Source: an uncultured virus (IMG/VR IMGVR_UViG_3300024518_000036)
Taxonomy: Duplodnaviria > Heunggongvirae > Uroviricota > Caudoviricetes
Reading direction: 5' to 3' (one strand)
IMG/VR virus record: IMGVR_UViG_3300024518_000036
DNA: 64,000 bases
The notes under the pieces: generated by a model
The model's database searches: none
Seen by the model: the letters and a program-made list of their open reading frames with translations, nothing else
What the model was told of the DNA's origin: nothing
Shown: one piece after another, positions 10,313-19,794 of the stretch
Layout of the letters: each line of letters starts with the position of its first letter
Position numbering within the stretch: position 1 is the first letter of the stretch
Program-made: the position numbers and the translations under genes

Positions 10313-10754
10313 CGTCTTCCTCCTGAGCCCCTTTTACAAGAGCCTCCAAGTCGGAAAGGACTGTGATGGTCCCTGATATATTGGCCTTGTTCTTGAAGCG
10401 GTCCAGCGCCTCTTCCGCATCAGCCGGGGTTGAAGCCCGAACCAACACCCGGCCTTCGAGGACCAAACGCAGGGATCCCCCCACGTTCATCAGCTCCAGA
10501 TGAGCCTCTTCGAGTACGAAGGGACCCACACGGAGCTTCCTCTGTTGGGCTCCTGCCCGGCAGATCTCTTCAAGGGCGTGGTTCTTCCACCCAGCAACCG
10601 CCTGCTGAACATCTACACTGGCACAGCCTTTGGCGTCGACCTCCACCCCCCAGAGATCTTCTGGCCACCGAGCGGAGCTGCGGCCCGACTTCTCTCTCTT
10701 CTCTTCCACCCACGACCGTTTGAAGACCACCCTGAATTCGTTCCACTCACTCAT
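10302..10754 (-). CDS. Hypothetical protein with C-terminal SDLEALV tag
   Basis: 150-aa coupled ORF. Confidence 0.65.
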   Translation of the reverse strand: MSEWNEFRVVFKRSWVEEKREKSGRSSARWPEDLWGVEVDAKGCASVDVQQAVAGWKNHALEEICRAGAQQRKLRVGPFVLEEAHLELMNVGGSLRLVLEGRVLVRASTPADAEEALDRFKNKANISGTITVLSDLEALVKGAQEEDDAQ

Positions 10755-11587
10755 GAGACCTCCCGCATGGCTTTGGTGCCTTCTTCGGCAAGAACCACCA
10801 AGTCAGGCCGCGTCTCTGTGGTGATGTACGCAGGGCCGTTGTCGGTCCCGACATTGCAGTCCCTTTCTTCGTGGTGGTACGCCACCAGGGAAGCAAAGTG
10901 TGCTCCTGCGAAGGAGTAGCCGCCGCCGTCAATGCCAGCGAGCCTGTACTCACAATCCTCCCCCCAGTTCCCCGTGCCTCCGCAGTAGTTAGCAACCCGA
11001 AAGCCCGCTGCCTTCAGAGACGCGGTGCTAATCCGACTGTCAGGCATGAAGGCGAAGGCGTGAGCCCAAGGGAAGCCGTGGCTCTCATGACCGTGCTCAC
11101 TGTGGTAATCCACATCGCATTGCTCGGCGGCCTCGTTGGCTTCTCCTTCATCGAGCCAGACGTAGACGCCAGTAGTGCCTTCCAGCTCCACCTCGTGGTC
11201 GTACCAGGGCTTCCAACTGCCAACGTACCCGGTATCGTCCCCAACCAGGTTGCCATAGTTCTCTTCTCGAATGGCCCAACCTGAATCGCTCGTGTTGGTG
11301 AGGGGAACGCAGCAGGCCTCGGCATCCTCTTGCTCCTCGGCGAAGACCTCGCCACACTCCGAGCACTCCCAACGGACCCACGTGACCCGCTCGGCCTCGT
11401 GAATGCTGTCGGGCTCAATCTGCCACCGCTCGAAGGCGGTCTCTGATTCGGTGTCCAGCAGCCCCATCGGAATGGCTGGCATCATTCGATTCATCCACTT
11501 GGTCACGTAGGACTCGAAGGTCTTGTCCTTGAAGTTGCACCTGTCAGGAACCAGGTCCTTTAGGGGCACGGTTGGGTAGTTACTCAT
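10751..11587 (-). CDS. Acidic hypothetical protein with CxxC motif
   Basis: The ATG at 11587 follows AAGGAG (alternative start 11623). WECSECG; C-terminal PDLVVLA. Confidence 0.65.
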   Translation of the reverse strand: MSNYPTVPLKDLVPDRCNFKDKTFESYVTKWMNRMMPAIPMGLLDTESETAFERWQIEPDSIHEAERVTWVRWECSECGEVFAEEQEDAEACCVPLTNTSDSGWAIREENYGNLVGDDTGYVGSWKPWYDHEVELEGTTGVYVWLDEGEANEAAEQCDVDYHSEHGHESHGFPWAHAFAFMPDSRISTASLKAAGFRVANYCGGTGNWGEDCEYRLAGIDGGGYSFAGAHFASLVAYHHEERDCNVGTDNGPAYITTETRPDLVVLAEEGTKAMREVS

Positions 11588-11619
11588 GGCTTCTCCTTTT
11601 TCAAGCATGATCTCGGCCG

Positions 11620-12465
11620 TCATGCTGTCTCCTTCAATGGTCTGTAGATGTCGACCTGCACCACGTCCTTGTCGTTCTTGAACGGTCCTTCCGTCACTGC
11701 CCACTTGCCGACCGACTCGACACCAACCTGGAAAGGGACTGCGATGGGGTGAATCTGACCGCTCACCGTGGTCGGGAGCGGTAGAGGCAGCGTGCCTCGC
11801 GTCACCACGACGGTAACGGGCCGCGTGTCGTCCTTCCAGCCTTCAGCCGTCTCCCGACACCACTCCTCTGCGGACTCATGACCGTAGAAGCCTCCACAAG
11901 AATCCACAATCTCGCCGTCGCTGTCTTCGATGCGAGCCCAGTGAACGTCTCCGGTGAGGTACTGGCTCCACTCGGACAGGATGCAGTCAGCGATCTTCTG
12001 TGCGTCGAACTCAGGATGAGCCAGTCTCTCCAGCTCGGAGGACCACGGCACCTTCACGAAGATGTAGCCGTTGGCCTCCGCGTGGTCGGAGATGTGAAGA
12101 GCCGCTCCGTTGCTGCCGTAGTCGATTAGCCGTACAGGGAAGACCTCGTAGCCTCTGCTGCATTCAGTCTCCCAAACCTGCCTCAGTTCCTCCTCATCGT
12201 CAAACCAGGTGTCCATGTCGCAGCCAAGAGACCCGTTGTTGTCCTGACTCCATTCCCACGGACCTTCGCCCCAGGGGATGCAGCGACGAGCCTCTGCCGC
12301 CGTCTCGCCCTCTCGACCCATCTTGCTGTACCGACGCGCATCAAGCTCGCCAAGGAATCCGTCTGTGTTTCCCCACTCTTCGGGGCTCTCAGCATCATCA
12401 TCGCTGGCAATGATGCACTTGAACCCCCCATGCTCAAACTCAGTGTGATCGTAGCTCATACTCAT
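11620..12465 (-). CDS. Hypothetical phage protein
   Basis: 281 aa with AAGGAG RBS. YLTGDV...VDSCGGFYG pattern; internal SELERLA. Confidence 0.7.
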   Translation of the reverse strand: MSMSYDHTEFEHGGFKCIIASDDDAESPEEWGNTDGFLGELDARRYSKMGREGETAAEARRCIPWGEGPWEWSQDNNGSLGCDMDTWFDDEEELRQVWETECSRGYEVFPVRLIDYGSNGAALHISDHAEANGYIFVKVPWSSELERLAHPEFDAQKIADCILSEWSQYLTGDVHWARIEDSDGEIVDSCGGFYGHESAEEWCRETAEGWKDDTRPVTVVVTRGTLPLPLPTTVSGQIHPIAVPFQVGVESVGKWAVTEGPFKNDKDVVQVDIYRPLKETA

Positions 12466-12969
12466 TGCTCCTTCTTGTGTAAATCAACATCTACGTCGTA
12501 GACCCGGCTTCCGGGGGGTAAGCGAACCAGGGGGTGCTCATGGCGTCCCCTCCGACACGAGGCGGTCGAAGGTCACTCTGCTTTCTCGACTTCACGGTTG
12601 GTGACGAGGAACTCGTGGCCCGTGTCGTCCATCACCTTCAGGATCCGCACCTTCGAGCGTGGGTGTTTCGGGCCGACCGTCACCAGTTCCACAGCCTGGC
12701 CCTTCTTCAACCAACCGTGGTTGAACTCGATGTCGTGGAGCATCCGCAGGTGTTTCACGTTGTCGAAGTTGGCGTTGACTCTCACGTCGCCTCCCAATGG
12801 AACGTGACCTCTTTGATCTGGATGTCGGAGCCGCTGTACTCGACCGAACCCTTCCAGAAGCGATCTTTCTGCCGCTTCTCGGCCTCCGCTCTCCGGGTGA
12901 AGGTCCCGCGTGGGTCGGGGGCGTCGCCCGACTCGGGGTGCCAGCACACCCACCTAGTGATGGTGCCGT

Positions 12970-13461
12970 TCATTCGCTCCCCTCCCGTACAAGCCTGTTC
13001 ATGGTCGATTCGATCTGGATGAGTTTGCACTCCCGCTTGATGGACTCGTGGCAGTTGGGCAGGAACTCCGCAACCTCGGGCTTCTCCCGCTCACCCTTGG
13101 CGTACTCAAGACACGCCGCCTCAAACGCTTGCAGGCCGTTGATCTGGTCCCTGGTGACGTAGGGAGCACTCATCATGCTCAGGCCGAAGCCGGGATGGGT
13201 GTTCATCAGGAAGTCGTCGGAGGCGAGCAGAGCCAGGAAGTCCTGTCGGAAGCCACCTCGGTCGATCTCCTGCTTCATGTCCTTGGCCCATTCCAGCAGT
13301 TGCTCGGGCGTCCCCTCTATATGCCCGCCGTCCCAGACGGCTTGGGCGTCCTCCAGCGTGGTGATGAACAGGGCCGCGAACATCTGCCGGGCTCCGTCGG
13401 CACGGGATTGCTCCAACTCTCGGACGAATTCGGGGACGGTTCGGAAGGTGTCGTGGTTCAT
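12970..13461 (-). CDS. Hypothetical protein
   Basis: 163-aa ORF coupled by ATGA overlaps. Confidence 0.6.
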   Translation of the reverse strand: MNHDTFRTVPEFVRELEQSRADGARQMFAALFITTLEDAQAVWDGGHIEGTPEQLLEWAKDMKQEIDRGGFRQDFLALLASDDFLMNTHPGFGLSMMSAPYVTRDQINGLQAFEAACLEYAKGEREKPEVAEFLPNCHESIKRECKLIQIESTMNRLVREGSE

Positions 13462-14186
13462 GACGTTTCCAAAGTGGCTCTCACAGGGACGATCTCGATG
13501 TCAGCCACCTTGCAGTCGTAATACTCGGGGGTGCTGAGTTGACTGCGGGCGAAGCTGGCGTCCGCTTGGTGATCGAACAGACACGCCAGGGTCAGGGTCT
13601 CGGTCTGGCCAGGATGGCTACGACGCTCGATGTACTTCCCGGTGGGGATGTACCGGAGGGCAAAGGCGTCGATCTTGGCGGGTTCGTCCCGGAAGGGCTC
13701 GGTGCGGTCGCCCGTGTAGGGCAGCACACGAGCGTTGTTCCACTGGATGCGGGCGATGGAGGCACTGTCGGCCCAGGTCTTACGACCTCGTTGGAGGGCA
13801 GCCTCGGCTTCCTCCTGGCTGTTGTAGGGCTGCTGGTCGCGGCCCTCATTCGGCATTCCGCCGCAGCGGCAGTAGATGGCCCACTTGGAGCGGGTCGAGA
13901 TGTCCCGATCGGCGTCCAACTCCGCCAAGAGACTGTCCACGGTGGAGGTGAGCCACTCGGGGTCCTCGACCTGGGTCTTGGTGGGCCACGGGTGTCGTTT
14001 GGAGATGTCGTAATGGGCCTGGACTCGTCCATGAGCATCGAGAGGGTCACGACGGACGTAGAAGCCCTTGATGCGGTTCGAAGCACCCCAGTACTTCTGG
14101 TCATGGAATGAAGCCCGGAAGGCCCGAACGGTCACTCCGTGGGGAGCAAAAGCTGCGGCGAGGGTCTGTTCGATGGTGGGCTTCAT
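13458..14186 (-). CDS. Hypothetical protein
   Basis: 242-aa ORF with GAGGAGG RBS. Confidence 0.65.
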   Translation of the reverse strand: MKPTIEQTLAAAFAPHGVTVRAFRASFHDQKYWGASNRIKGFYVRRDPLDAHGRVQAHYDISKRHPWPTKTQVEDPEWLTSTVDSLLAELDADRDISTRSKWAIYCRCGGMPNEGRDQQPYNSQEEAEAALQRGRKTWADSASIARIQWNNARVLPYTGDRTEPFRDEPAKIDAFALRYIPTGKYIERRSHPGQTETLTLACLFDHQADASFARSQLSTPEYYDCKVADIEIVPVRATLETS

Positions 14187-14418
14187 ACTTCCTCCTCAGG
14201 GACTTCCCAGGTGTGTTTACCGCCGCACTCGTTGTCGTCAGCCGCTGCGATGTACGCTTCAGCGTTCTCAGGCTGGGTGTGGGAGTTGCGGTCCTTTTCG
14301 GCAGCGTCGTTGTACCGCTTCAGCTCGTCAGCGAGCTTGCCTATGTTTCTAGTCAGCTCCGGGAGCTGTCCCTCGAAGAACCGAATCCCCAGGTTGGTGA
14401 AAGGCCATTGTGCTCCGC

Positions 14419-14832
14419 TCATGATGCCTCCTTTTCGGCGTACTTGGTGGCAGCCAGCTTCTCCAGCTCAGACGCCTTCTTGATTAGATAAACGTGAGTC
14501 TTCAGCCAGCGTGGACCCCCAACCTCGTAGCCTCCATAGACCTTCCGTTGGTAGGTGTCCCCCGGCTGAATCAGCCCTCCGGCGTGTTCCTTTCTGGCTC
14601 GGTGAATCCGAGTCTCCGAGAAAGTCTCGACGAGGGCTCCGCGCTTGCAATCGGGACAGGTCTTCTCACGAGCGGGGTCGTCAGCGCGCCAGACCCGATT
14701 CTCGAAACAGTGGGGACAGGATTGCCACTCGCCTCGCTCCTCCTCTTCCCCGTAGTAGGCGTCACAGGGGCTTTCACAACGACAACTGGGAGCAGAGCAG
14801 GTTCGCTTTCGATTCCCGTACCAATAGCTCAT
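14419..14832 (-). CDS. Cys-rich (zinc-binding) protein with C-terminal SELEKLA tag
   Basis: The ATG at 14832 overlaps the upstream TGA. Contains CPHC and CPDC. Confidence 0.65.
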   Translation of the reverse strand: MSYWYGNRKRTCSAPSCRCESPCDAYYGEEEERGEWQSCPHCFENRVWRADDPAREKTCPDCKRGALVETFSETRIHRARKEHAGGLIQPGDTYQRKVYGGYEVGGPRWLKTHVYLIKKASELEKLAATKYAEKEAS

Positions 14833-15182
14833 GCCTTTCCCTCCTTGGGCTTGCTGTGTGCTTTGGCAAGCACTTCCAGGTCCGAGGTGTACTTCTTGAC
14901 GAAGCGCTTGTGTCCGGCCACCGCCTCTTCCAGGGTGGTGTACCGGCAAGCGTCAATCTCGTGGAGGTTCTTACTAGACGAGAACACCATCGTCTCGAAC
15001 ACCAAGGGCGGACCGCTTCCGTACTGATGATCCCAAGACAAGAACACGGTCGAGATCCAGCAACTCGCCAAATCGGTCTGCTCCACGATCTTGTGCGCAT
15101 CGAGGAAGGCCCACGCCTTCTCCTGGTTCGGCTCCATCACCGGGATTCCGCTCTCCAAGTCATATACGTAGTAGTGCATCAC
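14829..15182 (-). CDS. Small phage protein with C-terminal SDLEVLA tag
   Basis: ISTVFLSWDH...PPLVFETMVF...RYTTLEEAVAGH resembles a common phage hypothetical family. GAGGAGGTG RBS. Confidence 0.75.
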   Translation of the reverse strand: MMHYYVYDLESGIPVMEPNQEKAWAFLDAHKIVEQTDLASCWISTVFLSWDHQYGSGPPLVFETMVFSSSKNLHEIDACRYTTLEEAVAGHKRFVKKYTSDLEVLAKAHSKPKEGKA

Positions 15183-15188
15183 ACCTCC

Positions 15189-15911
15189 TCAACGAGCCCA
15201 GCCTTTGGCCTCAGCAATCTCGCCCTTCAATTTGTTGACTACCTCCTGGGCCTTGGCTTGCAGCTTCTCAGCCTCTTTCCGCTTGTTTGCCCAGGTGGCG
15301 ACGCGGGACTTGTAGCTATCAAAGCGGTAGCGGGCGTGGTCGTGTTCTGACTTGGCTTCGCGAAAGACCTTCTCAGCCTCCAAGAGCTTGACAGCCAAGC
15401 GGCCCGACTTCTTGCTCTTCTCCTCAATGCGGAGAGTGCGAGGACAGCCACCCCAAATGCGCCCCCAATCGTAGACGATGCCCACTTCGGCCACCAAAGC
15501 GAAAGCAATGTGCTTCACTGCCATCTCGGGCACCTCGACCAGGGCACCAGAGGCCAAGACCTCAAGGTCGTTGTCTCCATAGATCCGGGTCTTGCGGACG
15601 ATGGAGAGGTTGATCTCTCTGTAAAGGGCATGACGCCCCTTCCCCCGAGAAGCCGTAGCCCGGGGGTACTCTCCGACGCGGAGAATTTCTCCCCAGCCTT
15701 TCCCTTGCAGCGACCAACGGTGCCCACCGGAGTCGTAGTAACTCCGGCTGTAACTCCGGCTATACGAATCCTCGTGGTACTCCGTCATCTTGCCGGCGTA
15801 CTTCACCCGCACCTTCTGGACCGCAGGTTGGCCCCCGAGGACTGTTTGGATGATCACTTTCAAGTCGTCGGTGTTGTAGTAGGTCGAGTTCGCGACCTCG
15901 ATCTCGCTCAC
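15189..15911 (-). CDS. Paralog family A, member 3
   Basis: NSTYYNTDDL; IVRKTRIYGDNDLEVLA; C-terminal coiled coil. Confidence 0.7.
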   Translation of the reverse strand: MSEIEVANSTYYNTDDLKVIIQTVLGGQPAVQKVRVKYAGKMTEYHEDSYSRSYSRSYYDSGGHRWSLQGKGWGEILRVGEYPRATASRGKGRHALYREINLSIVRKTRIYGDNDLEVLASGALVEVPEMAVKHIAFALVAEVGIVYDWGRIWGGCPRTLRIEEKSKKSGRLAVKLLEAEKVFREAKSEHDHARYRFDSYKSRVATWANKRKEAEKLQAKAQEVVNKLKGEIAEAKGWAR

Positions 15912-16729
15912 GTTGCCTCCAAGAAGCTTCTACGGGCCTCCATTTCGTCAGCCAGCCGCCGTAGGTACTGTGGAAAAGTCTCGTAGGGCTCAACGCTCCC
16001 ACCGAGACTCTTGATTCGAGCAATGTATTTGGTGCGAGCAGCCAGCTCTCGTTCGTAATACTCCTGGGCCCCTTCTATGCGGTACTGCCACTTTCCTGTT
16101 GGGCATCGTTTTCCTGAAGCCCACGCCCAGCCAGGACCTTCGAGCACACCGCCATCGCCGTAGAAGCTGTCGCTCTTCCACCGACGCAGCGCCTCTTCGG
16201 TCGTCAGCTTTCTCCGTGCTCCTTCGGGCGCCTCGATTCTATCCATCACACGGAGAGTGTGATTCTTGGACAGTTCAAGAGCGAGATCACGTACGAGATT
16301 ACTGACCTCTTTCCGGGTGTCACCGTAGATGCAGACTCCACCGAACGCCTGGAGCATTACAGCCCTTGCGATGGACTCAACGACGATAGAGGGCGCAACG
16401 GGCACTTGCTGGCCCAAACCACCCAGAGTCATCAGAGCCAGATCAGGGTCGTCTGCAAGAGCTTTCGGAGTTCGTATCTTCAGAGTCTCGCCAGTGCAGT
16501 AGGCAGTCACCCCCGACGCAAACAGAGGAGAGACCTTCAGCTGTGGAACCCGGATGATCCTCTCCCTCTGAACCCGGATGATCCTCTCCCTCGACGTCAA
16601 CCTGATCAGCCCCGCTCCTGAGTAGTTGGTGATGTGGTAGACGATGCGCGCCTCATCCACGGAAGCGAGGATCTCGTTGAGGTCGTCGGTGTTGTACCGA
16701 GTCACGTTGCGTTCCTTTTCGACGAACAT
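15908..16729 (-). CDS. Paralog family A, member 4
   Basis: NVTRYNTDDL. Contains an in-frame 24-bp tandem duplication (RERIIRV twice, 16546-16592). Confidence 0.7.
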   Translation of the reverse strand: MFVEKERNVTRYNTDDLNEILASVDEARIVYHITNYSGAGLIRLTSRERIIRVQRERIIRVPQLKVSPLFASGVTAYCTGETLKIRTPKALADDPDLALMTLGGLGQQVPVAPSIVVESIARAVMLQAFGGVCIYGDTRKEVSNLVRDLALELSKNHTLRVMDRIEAPEGARRKLTTEEALRRWKSDSFYGDGGVLEGPGWAWASGKRCPTGKWQYRIEGAQEYYERELAARTKYIARIKSLGGSVEPYETFPQYLRRLADEMEARRSFLEAT

Positions 16730-17140
16730 TCAGTTCTCCTTCGTTGCTGCGAGTCGCTCCAGATCGGAGCCTGGGTGAATGAGGGTCCAAGCCCCTCGGG
16801 AAGTATCAAATTGGATCGTCTCCCGGTCTTCGCTCTGACCAGAGTGAAGCGGGTGGTCGAAGGGTACGTTGCAGTACCAGACGAAGTCCTGCTGCCAAAT
16901 GCCGTACCCAAGCCGTTGTAGGACTCCGTTCAGTCGCTCCTTCGTGGTGAGGGTAGACCAACCGGCCGCGCTGATCTCCAGCCTTGTGCTGTTCCTGGGC
17001 CGACGGGCGATGACGCTACCGTGAAGCCACAGCGTCACCTCGGCATCATCGACTTCCACTTCGGTCTCACCCGAGCCTCCTTTCCGAAACTTCTTGCCTG
17101 CCCAGAAGGCTTCAGTGGCTTTGGCTGTGATGTTTCTCAT
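16730..17140 (-). CDS. Small phage protein ending in GSDLERLAATKEN
   Basis: LWLHGSVIA...GWSTLTTKERLNGVL...QQDFVWY resembles a widespread phage hypothetical family. GAGGAG RBS. Confidence 0.75.
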   Translation of the reverse strand: MRNITAKATEAFWAGKKFRKGGSGETEVEVDDAEVTLWLHGSVIARRPRNSTRLEISAAGWSTLTTKERLNGVLQRLGYGIWQQDFVWYCNVPFDHPLHSGQSEDRETIQFDTSRGAWTLIHPGSDLERLAATKEN

Positions 17141-17438
17141 ATACTTTCATCTCCTCTTTGTGGGTGTGTGGGCCAGCCCTGGTAAGCCCAGCCCCAATGG
17201 GGACTGAGCACCCGAGCCTACCCGAGAAGGCCCTTGTAGTTGAGGTTGCCAGCCTTCACCTGTTGAAGCTCGGCCTCCTTCGCCTCCTTGAAGCGAGGGT
17301 GGTCCTTTTCCATCATCCCCATCGACTGAAACGGGCATAGGATGCCCAGGCCCTTGTCGATGGCCCACTGTGAGGACGCCGCCTGCTTGCCGTAGTTGAG
17401 CGGTCGCCGGAGCGCCGCCATACACAGTTGAAACTCGC

Positions 17439-17807
17439 TCACGATGCCTCCTCGTCTGCGACGGACAGCAGCTTCAACTCGGCCTCGGCCTGTTTGGCGG
17501 CTGCTACGTCCTCTGGGTTGTCTGGGTCGATGCCGGGGAAAGTCTCCAGCAGCCGCATCTGGCTGGCCTCGGAGAGTTTGGAGATGGCCTCGATGCGGCG
17601 CACGTAGGTTTCCTCCAGAGCGTGTTTGTGCCGAAGCTCCAACCAGTGATGGAACACGCTGATCAACTGCGTGGCAGGGATGGAGATGAGGGCGCTCACG
17701 CCCACCGCCGTCATCATCACGGTGATCCAGGCCATGCCACTGCCGTACCGGAAGAACCAGTCGAGGGTCCGCCACATCTCAAACCAGAAGTTGAAGTCCT
17801 CCATCAC
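17439..17807 (-). CDS. Putative membrane protein
   Basis: Hydrophobic segment MAWITVMMTAVGVSALISIPATQLISVF. Confidence 0.6.
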   Translation of the reverse strand: MMEDFNFWFEMWRTLDWFFRYGSGMAWITVMMTAVGVSALISIPATQLISVFHHWLELRHKHALEETYVRRIEAISKLSEASQMRLLETFPGIDPDNPEDVAAAKQAEAELKLLSVADEEAS

Positions 17808-18035
17808 GTCACCTCGGCGGGCTCAGGGACGACCTCGACGTAGTAGGGAATCCATGTGTGGATGAGTTCACCGTGGCCGTTGCCGCCAGAGGCGGTGCCC
17901 GTGGGCCATGTCGAGGGACCGGTGTTGTAGCCGCTGTAGCCCTGGTGCTGGTCGATGCGGCGGGACATGGTGTGGCCATTCGTTTCCTTGTAGCAGCGTT
18001 GGCAGCGTCCATTCCAATCTCTCATTCTCATCACC

Positions 18036-18503
18036 TCATTCATTGGGTTGTGGGGCGGTTGGGGGTTCTTGCCAGAAGTTTCGCGTCAGCATCTCCGTCT
18101 GGGAGACGCGAAGAAGAAGTCTGGTCGTCTCCTCCTTTTCCGTGGGGGTGGGGCGGTGCAGGTACAAGCCGTCGTACTCCCACACGAAGCCCCTTTCTAG
18201 GATCCGGTCGTGACCCTCAGTGTCTTCGGTCCCAATGCACAGGAGCCGGTGGATCTCGGTGGCCTTCTGCTGTCCATCGCAGTGCCAGTCGAGGTTGCCT
18301 GTCGCTTCTCCTTTCTTCAAGGGCAGGAAGCGATAGGTCACTCGCGGAGCCGTCAGCCCTTCCGCCATGCGCTCAATGACCTCCACGACCTCGGGGGGAA
18401 GGTTTCGTTGAGCGAAGGCAAGCGAGGCATAGCGAAAGGTTCCCATCGGCGCTCGGCTCAGGTCAAGCTGTGGCGCTTTCCAGAGAGCGGTGGCTGTGCT
18501 CAT
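18036..18503 (-). CDS. Putative 2OG-Fe(II) oxygenase-like (double-stranded beta-helix) protein
   Basis: WHCDG (HxD), a distal YLHR histidine and a terminal RLLLRVS strand. Confidence 0.45.
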   Translation of the reverse strand: MSTATALWKAPQLDLSRAPMGTFRYASLAFAQRNLPPEVVEVIERMAEGLTAPRVTYRFLPLKKGEATGNLDWHCDGQQKATEIHRLLCIGTEDTEGHDRILERGFVWEYDGLYLHRPTPTEKEETTRLLLRVSQTEMLTRNFWQEPPTAPQPNE

Positions 18504-18997
18504 TCTTTCTCTCCTCCATTCTCGTCCTGCTGCCGGACGAGCAGCTCCAACGCAGCGTCTTTGTTCTTGTCCACAGTGACCAGCACCCGGAGCGCTTCAT
18601 CGCCGACATCGCGGAAGGGCCGGATCTGACGGTCCAACCAGCCAGGCAACGGCTCTCCTCGGAGAAGGTTTGCCGAGAGCGCCTTGACCCTTACAAGGGC
18701 CGCGTCTCGCCGCTCCTCCAGCTCCACTATCTCGGCTTCTGCCTCTTCAAGGTCGAGGGGCTCGGGCGAGACGAAGGCAGGGGACGGCTTGGCGTGTTGG
18801 GGGCAGCGATTCTCGAACCCAGGGTCGTCCACCTGCTTCAATTCGGCAATCCGACAGGTCTTGCAGACCGATTCGACGCCTCGGGCGAGACGCCAGTCCC
18901 GGGCAACCTGGTTGGACACACCGAACAGGTTGCCAACTTCCCAGTCGTAGAGCTTGCCCAACACGGGGAGAGCCTCCGGAGGCATGGGGTTCTTCAC
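18500..18997 (-). CDS. Hypothetical protein, possible HTH plus coiled coil
   Basis: DWEVGNLFGVSNQVARDWR. Confidence 0.55.
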   Translation of the reverse strand: MKNPMPPEALPVLGKLYDWEVGNLFGVSNQVARDWRLARGVESVCKTCRIAELKQVDDPGFENRCPQHAKPSPAFVSPEPLDLEEAEAEIVELEERRDAALVRVKALSANLLRGEPLPGWLDRQIRPFRDVGDEALRVLVTVDKNKDAALELLVRQQDENGGEKE

Positions 18998-19794
18998 TCT
19001 TCAGTCTCCTCGTTGACAGTCAACGCTTGGTAGAGCCTGTAGCCGTCCACCGAGGCTGGCTGGTCGTCCGACCACTCCCAAGGCCAGGCGAAATCACCGA
19101 ACAGAAGGCTAACCTCGCCCCACTGGCTACCGTGTTCCTCGGAACCACGGAAAACCGCCTCCGCGCCACACCGCACCCGATCTGGCTCGTCCACGCGATG
19201 ATCACCGTACTTCTCGTACTGAGCCCACACCACGTCACCGGGCTCCAATTCCTTGACCTCCCCCAGCGTGAGGAGTGGACCTTTTGTATACGCATCACTG
19301 CTTCCTTCCAGCGAAAGCTGTTCGAGGTCACTCAGCTTGATGATGTTCTCATCCCACTCGGTCCGGGTGTAGTGCTGCCCGTGATCGACTTGCACAGTTC
19401 CCCCAAGAACGGCAAAGGTCACAGTGCCTTCACCCCCCTCGTTGTTCTGCCAACCACCATGAAGACTGTCGACACGGTCCATCGCGTAGATCACAAGGGC
19501 CTCCTGCAAGTCCACATCCTCCACGTTCGCAACAGTTTCCTGTGTTGCATAGTCGTATGCAAAGACAGCCTGCTTGACGGTTCCCGAGGGCCAGCCCTCA
19601 TCCTTGCTCAAGTGCAAGACGGAGGTAGCCGGGTCGCTCTCATTCCTCGTGAACGTCGCTTCCTCCACGTCTCCGCTATCTCCCCCGCCGTAGTAGTGGA
19701 TGACAGCCTCGCCCACCCCGGCCTCCCGAAGAGCAGCGAAGATGCGGAACAGATTCCTGTTCCGGTGTTCCTGTCGGTCTCGGGTAGTCATCAT
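18994..19794 (-). CDS. DUF6878-like protein, then an SDLEQLS tag, then an extra C-terminal domain
   Basis: IHYYGGGDSGDVE and GGWQNNEGGEGTVTF motifs. The ATG at 19794 overlaps the upstream stop. Confidence 0.65.
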   Translation of the reverse strand: MMTTRDRQEHRNRNLFRIFAALREAGVGEAVIHYYGGGDSGDVEEATFTRNESDPATSVLHLSKDEGWPSGTVKQAVFAYDYATQETVANVEDVDLQEALVIYAMDRVDSLHGGWQNNEGGEGTVTFAVLGGTVQVDHGQHYTRTEWDENIIKLSDLEQLSLEGSSDAYTKGPLLTLGEVKELEPGDVVWAQYEKYGDHRVDEPDRVRCGAEAVFRGSEEHGSQWGEVSLLFGDFAWPWEWSDDQPASVDGYRLYQALTVNEETEE

